Part shown: positions 1 through 14,235 of the stretch, piece by piece
Layout: each line of letters starts with the position of its first letter
Numbering within the stretch: the stretch's first letter is position 1
Origin: Podarcis bocagei
Taxonomy: Eukaryota
Length of the DNA stretch: 64,000 bases
Strand: one strand, 5' to 3'
Assembly (NCBI GenBank): GCA_964188305.1
Contig: OZ076897.1
Translations under genes and position numbers: made by a program
The notes under the pieces: generated by a model
Databases searched by the model: none
What the model saw: only the letters and a program-made list of their open reading frames with translations
Told to the model about the DNA's origin: nothing

Positions 1-3000
1 TGTCATCCACAAAAGTATGTAGAATTTCGGGAGACCCCCGTTCTTCATTCAACCCTAGTTTTTACATTACATTTCCTCCCTTTGGCTGCTTTCCAAAGGA
101 GATCTTAGGCTATCTCAAGATCATCGTAATAGTTTTTGTGGTGGGGGGGGGGCTATAGTATGACCCTGGTACTAAATTACTTTGAGGGCATGATATTTCT
201 CCCCACAGCAAATGACTAATCATTGTTTAGCACTTATGCCAGACTTTGCTAATCAGCAGTTCTCCATTTTCCCCAAAAGTCTTCACACGTCTGTGGCCAC
301 TAGTTCTTCACAACATTGTCCCATATTAGCAGGAGGGAATGTGAATTCATTTATTTGGGCAATACTAAATAACCAGACAGTGATCTCAGAACAGTGGGTG
401 AAGGTCAGACAGAAACGTAAAAATATACTCCAGAGATAGACAGTCTAACATGGAGCGATATGTTGAAAATGTAGCCAACACACATAAATTCAAAGCATTT
501 TTACACAGACACTTGTTTATACTAGGATACAGACACCATTATACGTCAACAGAAGGTTAAACTGACTGACAGAAATGCACATTAGAGGAGAGATTCATGT
601 CTTTGTCATTATAAGCCTGATTTTTGTGTGTTTTAAACTTCAGGATATGATGGAGTAGAAATGCATCAAACTTGGTCTAAAGTCTAGAATTGCTTAAAAC
701 AGGAATGACAAATCAGCAATATATCAAAGTCTGAGTGGGGAGGAATCACTCTTTCATCTCATATCACTGGCCTATTGGAAAGGACAATGAAAGCCCAGTC
801 TCCTCATTTATAAAGTATCACTCAGTTACGTGCTAAATATGTGGCATATTGTTTATTTTCCAAACAGAATGAATCCCATACACCATCTTCGTTTTCCTCA
901 CTGGAATGCAGTTCAGGAATTTTCAGATAATGAAAATAGAAGCCTTCAGAACACACTTCAGGGGCCTGATAGAAGCCATGATTGGTTTCTTGCAATCACT
1001 TTGGCCAACTAGTGAAGTTGAATTTTTTTTGCTAGAAACCATATTGGATCACCAAGGAAACCAAGGAGGGGAAAGAAGCAGTTGGCTCAAGCCGCAAGTC
1101 AGCTTTAGGTTGAATACCAGGACATGTCTTCTAATCACAGTTAGTCAAGGAAACAAATTGACTGTCAGTGACAGTTTTAAAGAAGAATCTGGTGCAAATT
1201 GATGTAAGACTAGAGAAATCTATTACTTTAGTGAGCTGGCCCAGATAATCCCACTACTATGTTTATATTATTTTAAGTGTAAGCTTGTTAGCCTGTGCTA
1301 GTTACTGAGCATCAATGACCATACTGCTTCGTTTAAGTGCCTTAACTTTTTAGTCACACAGTCGTTATTCTTTGTCTCTTATTATACAGATTCTCAATTT
1401 GGCATTCCTTGTTGGCATTGTTATGCATGTGGGAGAGATACTCTGAAAATCCCCCAATGAACCTGAAACAAAACAGTCATCTCAGAGAAGTATAATCATG
1501 AACTGGATTATTTTACGTTAACGAAGCAATAACATTATTACGCAAAATTTCCCTGTGCAGATCAGCTGGTGCCCCAGTTAAACACTGTCGGAAATAGCAC
1601 AGAAATTGTTTGCAAGTCTTTCCACCTCACAGAGTTTATGATACGTGCTTTACAGACTGACAAGGAAGAGTGATTCACAGTATCTTAAAAACACCATCTG
1701 CCAGGTTTAAGATAAGATTCAGAGACATGGAAAATTTGTGGTCTGTGGTCCCTAGATTTTCAGCCGGCAATGCCTCAGCCCAGAGCAGCCTGTCTCTGTC
1801 ATCCAGACTTACCTTTAATATGATGTTCCATTCATTCCTCAGTGGCGAGGGAAAGTTACATATCTCTGCCCCTGCCCTTATTCTGTAGCCATTCTCAGTT
1901 CTTTCCCCCCACAATGGCTAAACCAAAATGGGCTGTTCTCATCCCTTTCTCAAACATATTTTACCATGTGAAAACAAGAAAACATGAAAGGAATTCTGCC
2001 CCATATCCTGTCTCGCATGGAGGCAGGTAGCCACATCAGCCCTCTGTAAGGCATCACAGTGGAGAAGAGCTGATGACACTGAAATAAACAGGGGGGGGGG
2101 GCTAGAAAGGGCAAAGGTCAGTTTCATCCAATGTTTGGGACCAGGGAGACATCACCTGTCCAAGGTAAGCAGGGGAAGTGGAAATTCCTAGCCATCATCT
2201 TGGTAGATAGCATGTCCAAACTGAAAAAGTGGATTTTCATTTGACCAGTTGAGTGTACATCCCACTTTACTTACAAATAAAGTTGCGGCTCATAGTTAAT
2301 CCCAATTCTTGTATCTATGCATTCTGGAATTGGAGTTAGGGCAATTGTTTTCAGTCAATTGTATTGACTGAGTAAGAAAAAAACACATTTTTGCCCCTTA
2401 TTCTGGAAGCCTTTAACGCTGATGGATATTTTGAGACCTCTGCCCTGTGTATTTGACTTTTATGGCAAAGGCCTTGGGTAACATCAAACATATAACCTTA
2501 TTTGAAATAGCAATTTTATGTTTCCTTCATGTTACCCAGAAATAGCAAACAGGCAGCAGCGTAATAGTGACTGGATACAGCAAAAATCGTTCTGATACTG
2601 ATCAGTCTTGATATATCAAAAGGAACCATCCCAGGAAAGCCTACAGTTTTAGTTTCCAAGGATATTCATTTCAAACTATTTTAATTCTGTTAAATGATCC
2701 CTGACTACCAAGAGGCCAATTCCATGCACTCCATCTGAAGAGGGGTTTCAAGGGACTTGTGCTTGTTTTGCTTCAGTGCAAATGGATGTGCAAGATAATG
2801 TCAGAATGCATCATCCTGAGATGGATTACCCCTCCCCCACCAACCTATTCCAGTGGTTTTGCTCTTAGCTTGTTGAATTTTAGAAGAACATTTTGAAATT
2901 TACAGGAAAACTTATTTCAATTAAACATATTTTTAAATTAAAGCCGGGGTGCTGAGCAGTGGTTTTTTTGTGTGTGATGGTACTCACCAGTATGGAGTAC

Positions 3001-3181
3001 AACCATCCCTTTTGGGGATGTTGGTGGCAGCCATTTTGTTTTGGCAGCCACAACACTTTTATCAAGCTATGAGTACCGGTGGGGGGGGGTGTTACAAAAA
3101 TGTTAGAAGCAATCAAAATGTGACAAATAGCAAGCAAGTTTTTCAAGTTCTTCAGAATTCTTCATCAGGCTAGATATTAAG

Positions 3182-3184
<3 letters not shown>

Positions 3185-3229
<45 letters not shown>
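3185..3229. repeat. (GA)n microsatellite
   Basis: Seen directly. Confidence 0.97.
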
Positions 3230-3231
<2 letters not shown>

Positions 3232-5206
3232 GGCAGTCTGATAAAGTCTACTGTAGACTTTGTATCTAAAGGAATAGTTCAGCCTTAATGTCAAGAGATC
3301 TATATGGATGTTAGGTGATCAAGAAAACATGCAAGTCACCAGATCTGGTGGAAATAGCTACTCCAAAACTCACTGGAATTGGCTATTCATTTGATAGATC
3401 CTATTACATATATATTCTGCAGTTCATGACACCACATTTAGTGGTGCGAATTTCTACAGCAACATATCTTTCTCATGAGCACCACCACTGAAAATTTTCA
3501 ATATTTAACTTTAATTCTGCTAATTCAGAGCACTGCCTTGACATTTCTGGCATCATGGCCTAAATCTGTCATGCTTTTGGTTAATCCACCCTGCAGTCAG
3601 TCACATGGTAAACAATGAGGTTTTGAATACTTTCGGGCTTCTCAACTATGAGCGTTGTGCATTATAATATGGGCCTTAGTGAGCAACCTGGTAGGGCACT
3701 GCTGTTTACCTGCCCTCTGGTCGGTTGTATCACTGCTGCTTACTTGGAGGTACAGGGGTAGCGTGAGATGGCAGTGAGATGGGCACACTGGAAATACAGA
3801 AGCCACCACGATGTTTGCTCCTGCTGCATTTATAGCAAAGTCTCAGCCCATTTGTGCCAAATCACCTCTTGTGAGCAGTATGAATGATGCGCTTCAAAGA
3901 GATATACTTTTAAGATACAGATATAGTGGATCTATCATTCTTAAGCACTAAAGCCCCCAAACTGCCATGTGATCTTGATACATGAGATATGCAAGCACGT
4001 TAAAGCACACCAATCAATCTGCCAAATCCCAATGCAAGCCCAGAGAAAGTTCACTTTTAAGGTTCCAAATGGCTGGAATTCAGGGTGGGGGGCAGGTGAG
4101 TTAATGGAGTGCTAAAGCTCTCCAGGAGAAGGGAATCTGACTATCTCCTTTAGGTTTCATGTCTTAGAAGCAACCGTGTATAAAAAGTTAAGTAGATACA
4201 GGGTGAGAATTGAATGAAAGCGAGACCATTGGACATCTCATCATTTACGATAAGCTTGCACACTAGTGATTTAGGGTCCTGCTTAAAAGGTAGAGTGATA
4301 TGCCAAATATCCCTGAACTACACCCACATAACAATAGAAAAAGCTTGGTTTTGATGGATGATTTCACCCACTTTTATATGTGGGAAAATATTCTTGTTCA
4401 GATTCCACAGGTAGAGGCAACATTCTCCTAACCCAAAGAAGCCATTTACTATCTCTCCTTAAAGTGGGATTCAAGTAGGCTGTATTGTTTTACAGTTTCA
4501 CAGCTGGTATTCTGTCCATTAGCCAGGAACAATAAAAAAGACCAAATAGTTCACAAGGGATTTCAAATGGAATGGAGAGATGTTTATTATAGCTACGGAT
4601 TCGGGGTTTCAATCAGATTCCCCTGCTTTTTGGTCAGTTATCAAGTTACGTTGCTGATCTGAGACTTACGTAAGATGGGAGGAGAGGACACAAAGGATTC
4701 ATTTCGTTCAAAAAATTAAATGTATTTCCAGGTCATAGTATAGAATCTGGCATATCTGTACAAGGAGTCCAGTGGTGGGAATAGCCTAGATTTTGATAAA
4801 TTGGCTCACTGTTCAGCTACACCACAGGCATGTTATGTGACCATAGGGAAGTCTCCATATTTTAGCAGTGGAATCCTACACATGCCTACTCAGAAATATG
4901 TCCCATTTAAATCAATGGGACTTACTACCAGATATGCCTAAAAATGAAGCCTAAGTGGACAAAATAGTGAAATCATAGCTGATTCCTTCCTCCTTTCATT
5001 TTAAAAATGTGTACAGGTTCATGTACACAAATCCATAATAGACTGCTGGTTAAAATCAATCAGTTGTGAACTCTTCTGTATGAATGTATAACCAAGTAAA
5101 CGGGCAGAAGATTGCTACCCTAGTGTCTACTTTGACGGCAGCAATCCTATACCCAATTATCTCCAGATTTCTGCTGGGGACATTCCCAGCCCTATCTGGA
5201 CTCTCC

Positions 5207-5343
5207 TTCACTGGTGGTCTTCAAGCAGAGGTTGGATGGCCACCTGTCACTGATGCATTAGTTGAGATTCCTGCATTGCAGAGAGTTGGACTAGATGACT
5301 GACAGGGTCCCTTCCAATTCTATGATTCCATGGTTCTATGATT
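5207..5343 (+). mobile_element. CR1 LINE 3' end
   Basis: gcagaggttggatggccacctgtc...ggactagatgac...ttctatgatt tail. Confidence 0.8.
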
Positions 5344-7000
5344 TGTGAATGGTGAGGATTGATCCTGGGATCTTTTTGCATGTGAAGCAGTTCTCTACCA
5401 CTGAGCTCTGGCTCTTCCGCTTCAGTGTCTACAGTCCCTCACCCCCCATGCCCATGGAGACCTTCAACCAAGGATGACACTTCATGCATATGCCATAGTA
5501 AGCCTATTTAAGGTGCCACAAGGCTCTTTGTTGTTCTGGTTGTAGGCATAGCATAAGCCCAAAGCATGAATACTGCAAGGTTACAAGAGGAGATGATAGC
5601 TGGTGAATGGAGCAAGGAGAACAGAGGAAATGAGAGGCAAGAACATTTGAACAGGCTTCATAAAAAATCTGCACTGTGCGTGCTTGTTCGCCACATAAGC
5701 TAATCCCCATTTGATTCCTGGTGTGTGTTTTTCATACACCCAAGGTATTAGGAGTGGCAACGAGATGGATGTCTGAAGGAGGACATTAGGTGTAAGCTGA
5801 TGGATCTGTATTAGTGACTGTGAGGACAGGACCAGACAGGACCAGGGTGATAGTTATTCTAAATGAATATGTTAATTTGGGATAAAAGTGTGTCATCCTG
5901 TGGCTATCCTCTGCTGACCTTCCCTGGTGCCTCTGAAGGCAAATAAAAGAGTGATTTATAGTCCCCGAGTCCCATAGTATTTTAACGACACTGTGTTCTC
6001 AAATTGTAATGCAGTTGGTATTCTGCTGTAACACTGTGTGCGTGACCTTGATCTGCAGGATTCAGTTCCAGACAAACATTCCATTTGGAAATCTTTTAAA
6101 TCTTCTTCTTAAAATAAACTGCAAATAAATATGGGTGAGGGGAAACTGCGAGGCCCCCCCCCCAACCCATGTAAGTATTTGTTGCTTTACTGCAGCTACT
6201 TCAGTGGCCATTGAAAAAATAGATTGATTGACAACTTTGTTTTTAAAGCTCTTCATTACACAGAGATAAACAGTGAAGAGTAAATCCACGATGTGAAAGA
6301 CCCCATAAATCCTGGGAGATAAGCAATAAAGGTCCTGCAGCAAATCCTGGTTGTGTCAACTGCACATAAAGCATGTCTGATTATTCTTATCTAGGTCAGC
6401 TTTTAAATTCTGATATATTCATCATCCCAATTATACTTTCTAAGCAGGAAAAAAATGGAAGTCTAAATTATTATTTTTGAGCATGTACATCTGCATACAC
6501 ATCTTTCATTTAAAGCACATGACTTCCCTCAAAGAATCCTGGAAACTATAGTTTTCCCCTCATGGAGCTACATTTCCCAGCACCCTTAACACACCAGTTC
6601 CTAGGCTTCTTTGGGGGAAGTCATGTGCATAGCCCAAGTCTGTACATAGCCCAAGTCAGTTAATGCAAGGCATTTCCTATAAATTGCTGTAAAATCTGGC
6701 AGCTAGGTCATTGACTGGAACTACCCACATGAAGCCTAGTTCACCTGCCTTAAAATGGCTCCATGAGGTTCTTGTGTGTTTCCAGACAAAAATTAATATG
6801 CTGGTGTGTTTTCTTTATGGCTTTGGGCATGAATATGTAAGGGACTGATTGTACCCGTATGAATCTGTGATTCATGTTGCGAACTTCCACAAAGGCAACT
6901 GTGTGGGTGCCTTTCTTTGCAGGGTAGACAGTCTATCAGCAACATGGCCTTCTCAGTGGTGGCACCTACATAATGGAAGGCTGTTCTCATGTTAAGCTTT

Positions 7001-7082
7001 CATAGAATCATAGAATCATAGAATCATAGAGTTGGAAGAGACCACAAGGGCCATCGAGTCCAACCCCCTGCCAAGCAGGAAA
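7001..7082 (-). mobile_element. CR1-type 3' end with (ATTCTATG)n tail
   Basis: (catagaat)x3 followed by gttggaagagaccacaagggccatcgagtccaacccc. Confidence 0.8.
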
Positions 7083-8199
7083 CGCCTGAACAAAACTGAT
7101 TTATTTGTCCATGCTTTAAACTAAGTAATGATTTAATTTTTACTACTGCTTTTATGCTTTATCGCAGTGTTTCGTATTCTATGCTGGTTTTCAATGGGTT
7201 GTTTCAGTGCCAAACTCATAGTCAATGTCCTTTGATTTCATCCAGGTTTACTTCAGAGAGAACCCAAGCTATTTACTCTTTTGTTATTTTATTTTGATTT
7301 TATGTTTATTTTCAGCTTTGAGGGATTCATTGAAAAATTTAAACTGAACAGCAGGAAACAAGCTATCTAAATAAATAAATAAATGATACATAAAGCAAAC
7401 ATGTATTGGCCATGGCTTCTTTGGGAAACTTGCAGCGTGGTGGCTTGAAAAGTGTAGAAAGTAGGACATATTCAGAGCCTCTGTAGAATATTATTCCACA
7501 TATCCATAGTTAAAGCTTTCAAGGTCCTGTACCCAGCGAAGGAATAGTTACCATGTATCTGCAACAACTGGGAAAACTGGAGAATAGAGGTCGCAGCGAT
7601 GATGCCTATTCCTTTTAGCTGGTGGCTTCAGATGATTAGCCTTCTGCACAGCCAGAGCATCACCATGCAATATGTCCTCAAGAGGCCACCATTTTCCAAA
7701 TGTTCAGATGGGTTACAATGTTAATCCCTGTACACCATATAAATAAGGTGCTTTTGATCTCTGTACTTTAGTGTCTTCATTGTTCTTCACATTTTACAGA
7801 TAGGTGATTGAATCTGAGGTGTAGTGACTTCCTCAGTAAGCATGTAAATATAACCTGCTAATGGAAACATGCTTAAATCCTACTGAAATCACTGGGATTT
7901 AAGTAAGCTGTTCAATACAGTTCAGGTTTTGCGGAATGGCGTCCCAAGGCTATGGTAGCCACGGCTAGGAACAAAAGAACTTGTCCATTTCAGTTCTCGC
8001 AGTTTCTCATTCTTTCAATCCTTACCCCCCCAAGCTGTTTAGCATAGATGGGCAGGTATCAGAAAGCCCCCTTTCTCCTGGGAGGCCCCTCAAAGCACTC
8101 ACCCATTCCCCCCTCTCCTTCACTTCCAATTCGCCCAACCCCACACTGCATTTGCCCCAATGGAGGAAAAACAAAAAAGCCCCAAATCACCATGAAACT

Positions 8200-9620
8200 G
8201 TAAGCATGTGAAAGAAAGTTACATACTTTTCATTTAATTCCATTTGCCGTCAGATTTGAACCGTAATAGTAGACTTTGGTCACTGGGTGAAATCCATTGC
8301 TATTTTACCTAATTATTGATGGTGTGTCACGTCCAAGAAAGTTTATTGGGGTATCTAACCATTCGGACTGTACAGGGCCTACCGTTAAAACCGGGTTGTT
8401 ATAAGATCAAACAAAATGTCAACGTCTGTCGAGCATGCAGGTTTTATAAATTGTTTAGACTGGGGATAATTTGGGTTTTGTATCTCATTCTTTTCAGATC
8501 GTGTAGAAAGGAAGCTCAAAAACCGAGTTTGGGTTGGGGAAGTGCTTTGAATTTGCGATTGTTTGATGGAAAGGCATAGCCTGCACCATTACCCTTCCAA
8601 TCAACAGTTTCCTTCTTTCTTCAAAGCCCACAGGTCCATTATTTACTTTTCTTCGCCTTGGGTGGCATTTTTGAGGCCATGCTTTCAACCCGATAATAAT
8701 TTATTTAAAATTCATTTCAAAAGGGAATTTCAGAATGGCGTGCCAGATCTGTACATCCTCTGAGTCATTTCTAACTCGGACAACGGTTGTGCAATTGACT
8801 CCGGGGCGGGGAAAACAAAAAAGAGAGAGAGACTGCAATAATACTGTAGTACGCTGGCAAGCAAAACTCTCTCTAGTGAATTGGAAGGCTTCGAGTAATA
8901 AAACGATCTGCTGATTGCCAAGCGAGGCTATTTAGATTACCACACCTTAGTGACCCGCCATCTTCCCCATTCTCCGGTCTCCGCTCCCCTTCCTTCAACC
9001 CCAGAACAACATCGCTTTCAGCTCTCCCCCCGCCCCACTTTTCCCACACANNNNNNNNNNNNNNNNNNNNNNNNNNNNNNNNNNNNNNNNNNNNNNNNNN
9101 NNNNNNNNNNNNNNNNNNNNNNNNNNNNNNNNNNNNNNNNNNNNNNNNNNNNNNNNNNNNNNNNNNNNNNNNNNNNNNNNNNNNNNNNNNNNNNNNNNGG
9201 GGGTGGGGGAGGGAAAGAAGAGAGAGAGAGTTTAAGAGAAAACAAATCAGTGAGGGAGGGCTGGCAGGGTGACAGCCAATGTACAATAACATTAGTCTTC
9301 CGACTTGGCCAGCTGAAAAGGCCTTCTGGACATGGCTTTGCTTATACTTTTTCTCTACACCAACTTCTCCAATGGAAACACATTCCTGTCATGCCTCACT
9401 GCCATTCCCTGTTTAGATTTCTCATTACAAACAGCATTACATAGGCCAGAGCTGGCCCTAGCTAACAGGCCCGTTAGACACCAGGCCGCGGTAATAGATG
9501 CAGCATACGCTCAGAGTGGCCTTACTTCTAAGAAAAGAATTTGCTTTTGCAAAAGCCAGAACAAAAGCTTCAATGAAATGGCATGTGCTTACAGGAAAGC
9601 TCTGTTATAATGAACTCAAG
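8200..9620. promoter_or_regulatory. Candidate conserved intronic enhancer
   Basis: No recognisable repeats; CpG retained; AP-1 TGAGTCA (8761), MEIS TGACAG (9270), TEAD-like ACATTCCT (9380), several TAAT cores. Conservation not tested. Confidence 0.4.
9051..9198. other. Assembly gap (148 N)
   Basis: Run of N. Confidence 1.
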
Positions 9621-11586
9621 CTGTAGCAAACACCTTTCTTTTTTTTTTAGTGTATTGGAGGGAGGCAACTATGGTTCATATTCCTAAAATAAGAGGCATT
9701 TCAAAGTCGCTGCCAACATGAATCAGAAAAGGGTCTGCAATTTAGCACCTGTGAGCAGGCAGGGAAGGCAGGTCAAATTTGTGGGGTATGACTGTGAGAG
9801 GACCCTACCGATGTCCAGAGCAAATGGTCTCCTCTCTTTGCTCCCACTGCCAGCTAACAAAGGTGATAGCTGTGTCATCTAGATGGTCAGATGGGGGGGG
9901 GATAGTTGTACAAATAAGGGGGGGTCTCCACGGGCATCATCTTCCTCAGGGATTAACGTTTCACTCATGGGAGCAGCAGAAACAACCAAAAAGACATTTG
10001 GTACCTCAAAAACAAACCTCTTTTGTGGACTCAAGCTCATTCCGTCACATACATGAAACGAAATCTTAGCTGGCAGGCATATAAAAGAGAATATGCTAAG
10101 GAGGTTGAATGGCAATTGGATACAACCATTACAGTAAGTGATCAATAAAGCTTAAAGATGCATTAAATAGATGCACTTTTAAGGTTCTGCAATAGCAGAA
10201 TTGCTGAGATGACTATTAAGAGCTGTGGTAGGGCAGGGAACCATTTTCAAGAAACTGCCATAGATAACACAGATATCCTAGCATCGATAAGGACAAGGGT
10301 GATAGTGCTAGCTGTATTCTTCCAGTGGCTACCATTGTGATTTCCCATGATTCTCCAAAGCCCTGTAACATTACTCAAAAGTAATTAAGAAGGACAGCTG
10401 CTCAGCACTTATTGGAGCAGAGCAAAAGTGGGCCCAGGCCAATCGGATCAGAGACGGGAGGCCATCAGTAATAGCTTGATGATTACTAGTCTTCTCTGTC
10501 CCTTAGAATTTATTTTATTTTATTTTTATTAAATTTATATTCCCTCTTTTTGGGGGGCAGTTTTCCAGGGCAACTTGCAGTAATATATAAATTAAACAAA
10601 TTTATATATTGGTTTATATATAAATTGGTTTATACAAAAACCAAATATATTAAACAAATATAAATTCAACAGATTGATGTCACTATAAACACATCATCAT
10701 TAAAACTAAAAGGAAACTATCACTACAAAATCGAACAGAGGCAGCCAGAGGTAACAATAAAACAGTGGTCAGCGCTAGAAAACCAGTGATAGCAAGATAA
10801 AACAGCAACATAATGACAGCACAACTAAAATCCTTAAGATTTTGAAAAGGTGATAGTAAACAAATATGTTTTCAGTTCAATGATGGAGATGGTTGAATCC
10901 TAAATGTGGGCTCCAAAATGTGGGGGTCCCCGTTGAAAAAGCCCTCTTCCATATGTCCACAAGCCTGAACCAACATTGCACCATCTAAATGATAATGGAA
11001 CACTATAGGTAATATATATCCAAGGGAAAATGCGCGCCAACACTTAAGTTTTGAAATACAACTACACAAAAATTTAAGGCATCAACATTGTTCATATTTC
11101 AGCAACGCTTCAAACAGGCAGAATTATTCATGACAATGTTACAAGCCAGAATATGCCGCCCCACTCTGAAGTCTAAGACTCTTAAGGCACATATGGATTT
11201 ACTTCATTCAGAATTTCCTGAATGAATATAGTCGTTTCGAGCTTTTCCAAATACATCCAGCGTAGCTCAATCACTGGCATGTGTAACAAAGCTAGACCAT
11301 AGGAAAGCCCCAGATGATAGAAATTAAACTACCTGTCCCAGAAGTGTGTGTGTGTGTGGATTTATTCAAAAAGGCTGAATGGCTTAAATAAAAATTTATT
11401 TACATCTATCCCATGTGAAAGCTACTGGATTTTTACCTACAGCCTGCATACGTGTGCCTCCCCCCACCTGCAACTTTTGCAGAAATAATAGGCCCATGTA
11501 ATATGTTTTGAAAGGAAGATGAGTTGTTCTCCTCTACACTCTCAGCAGCATTCTTGTGCTCTGGAAGTGTGGGGTGAAAGCTAGTG

Positions 11587-11588
<2 letters not shown>

Positions 11589-11624
<36 letters not shown>
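11589..11624. repeat. (AC)n microsatellite
   Basis: Seen directly. Confidence 0.97.
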
Positions 11625-11626
<2 letters not shown>

Positions 11627-11726
11627 CAGTCTCCGAGTGGGAAGAGACTCCAGGGGTTCCAGGGCTTAGCCAGGGTTAGGTTTCCTTGGAATGAAGGTCA
11701 TCAGAGACTATGGTGTCCCTGGGATA

Positions 11727-11962
11727 CAGTGGTACCTCGGGTTAAGAACCTAATTCGTTCTGGAGGTCCGTTCTTAACCTGAAACTGCTCTTAACCTGAG
11801 GTACCACTTTAGCTAATGGGGTCTTCCACTGCTGCCGTGCCGCTGCCACGTGATTTCTCTTCTCATACTGAAGCAAAGTTCTTAACCCAAGGTACTATTT
11901 CTGGGTTAGCGGAGTCTGAAACCTGAAGTAACCTGAAGTGTCTGTAACCCGAGGTACCACTG
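11727..11962. mobile_element. Tc1/mariner (Tigger/pogo-like) MITE
   Basis: TIR CAGTGGTACCTCGGGTTA with TA duplication. Confidence 0.92.
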
Positions 11963-12115
11963 TATATGGTTTCATTTGCACATGTATACAAACTGAGCAT
12001 AGGACAGATGGCCTTGCTTCCTCATGGGGTTTCCAGCTTTAGTCAAGAGCCACAGCTTTAGTCAAGAGCAAATATGAGCCTCTGTGTCTCCAACTTCCAG
12101 CATCAGCCAAACTCA

Positions 12116-12136
12116 GCCGCCGCCGCCGCCGCTTCT

Positions 12137-12168
<32 letters not shown>

Positions 12169-12207
12169 TTCTTCTTCTTCTTCTTCTTCTTCTTCTTCTT
12201 CTTCTTC
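12116..12207. repeat. Compound (GCC)n(CTT)n microsatellite
   Basis: Seen directly. Confidence 0.97.
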
Positions 12208-12730
12208 CATACACAGTGATCTCATGTTCAACCAGGTGAGGGAGCTTACCCCATTTGCCTCACTGGTGACAGGGTGACTTCTTTTTAAAGTACATGGAAG
12301 TACTTAACTAGTCAGCTGAGGTCAATGCCCTAACAAAGGAAATGGCTGGGCAGGTTTCCTCTTAAAGATTCTGAACTCACAGATACAGGGTTGCAGGTTT
12401 GAGAAGGGATCTGCAGGTATCATCCACAGTGAGAATGAGAAGTCATTCTGGAAGCCACAGATTTGCCATGTCATCTGGTGATTTATGCCTTCTTTACTGA
12501 ATCCATGTGTCTCCGTAGGTACAAAAGCTTTTAGAGGCTCACACTTTGCCGTTTGCTTCTAGAGAAAATACATTGCCTCCAACTCCCCCACCCCACCCCA
12601 ACCCCGTTGCTCTTTAGTGGCAAGCAAGTAGAAACGAAATCCATCCCTTTTCCAAAGTGTTCCTGCCTTTAAGAACTCTGTGTGCCATTAAGATCCAAGT
12701 GTCATCAAAGAACCTGCCATTCCCAGGCCT

Positions 12731-13077
12731 TGTTGGCAGAAGTCCATGAGTCTAGGTGAAATATACTCGGAGTCGAGCGTGAATTTCATGCTCTTTATTC
12801 AGCTCATAGTAGCAATGAATGAACTTTCCCCCAAATGTCTAGCTATATACACATTATTTACACAATGGACCCCACGTGATTGGCTAATTCCTGGTTGCTC
12901 CTGTAGGCCAATCAGGTTGCGGATTCACTTCATTCAGAAGCCTTATTGGCTGCTCCTGCAGGCCAATCAGGTCGCTGATTCACTTCCACCTGGAGCTGGA
13001 CTGGGTGGCTCCTGCAGACCAATCAGACTGCTGCGTTCTGGATCCTATTGTTCTAGGATTCAGCTCAGTACATAACA
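12731..13077 (-). mobile_element. Solo LTR with triplicated CCAAT module
   Basis: TGTT...AACA termini; minus-strand TATATA (12844-12849) and AATAAA (12794-12799); three ~55-bp CCAATCAG units; no clear TSD. Confidence 0.75.
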
Positions 13078-13542
13078 CTAGGAAAGGTGACGCAATCTAG
13101 CACAGAAGCAGGCTGTTCTTTCAGGGTGGGGACTCAGCTGCTGGGCAGTCAGATGAGCACCGCTGCTGCTGCTGCTGCTCCACTAATGTTGTCTGCTACT
13201 GAAATCCAGGACCCACCACAAAAGAACCAGGGCACGGGTCCCCGGATGGCCGCAATTAACAATTTCTTACTGTGAAGACATTTGTCTGAAATGGTCTTTC
13301 CAAACCTCCTAATTCTGAAGCAAGTTGCGCTGATTTCATAGAACTTAGATCGACATAAATATGCCTAGGATAGCTAGGTAAATTTCACAGGAATGAAATT
13401 GCTGCACAATCGCATGCATCATTTTGTTATAGAGCCAAAAGTTCAGCTTCTCCACTTTGTGTTTTGTTTCCACACGAGTGAAGAGGCAAAGACATATATG
13501 TCAGAACTTAAGTCACCCTTAGTGGATGGCTTGTCATGTGTT

Positions 13543-14235
13543 CAGGGCTGGATTTAGGTTTGATGAGGCCCTAAGCTATGAAGGTAATGGGGCCCTTTAT
13601 ATGTCCAGCTGTCCTTTGTCAACAACAAATTGTCACTGTTTTTTTGTGTTGAATATATACTAGATGGTAATTTATGGATCTAATAGGTATCTAAAGCCAT
13701 TTGCACATAACAAAATATGTATTTTATCAAAGTAATTGTTGAACTGAAATACAATTAAGAAGAAGTATATTAACAGTGAAGTAATTATTAAGCTCTAACT
13801 TAAAATGATTTTTTTTATTCATAACAAACTTCATAATGCAAACACATTGGCATTTGGCAATAACAAAAGTTCCTCTAGAAACACAATTTACAAAGACTCA
13901 TAATCTAGTCTCCAGAAACTTGCTATAACATGAAATAATAATAGGTGTAAATATATGATAATTATAAATAGCAGAATGTAGGCACCCTATATATAGAGAT
14001 GAGCAAACCAGTGATATTTTAGGGAGCAGGCTAGCAGGCGGGGCCCATTACTTACATCAAAGGCGCCTACACAATACAAAACACTGTTGCTGTATGTAGG
14101 TTTATTTTATTCATTTTTTATCTTATATTTTGGACATGTACATCCAGGTTTTTGTTCTTTAATTTTTTTGGGGGCCCCCAAGAGAGTGGGGCCCTAAGCT
14201 ATAGCTTGGTTAGCTTATACGTAAATCCAGCACTG
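13543..14235. mobile_element. hAT-type non-autonomous element with AT-rich interior
   Basis: TIR CAG(G/T)GCTGGATTTA; subterminal ggccctaagctat repeats; degenerate TSD CATGTGTT/CATATGTG. Confidence 0.75.

Noticed and set aside
8873-9444. ORFs spanning the N gap
   Set aside because: Artefacts of N translation.
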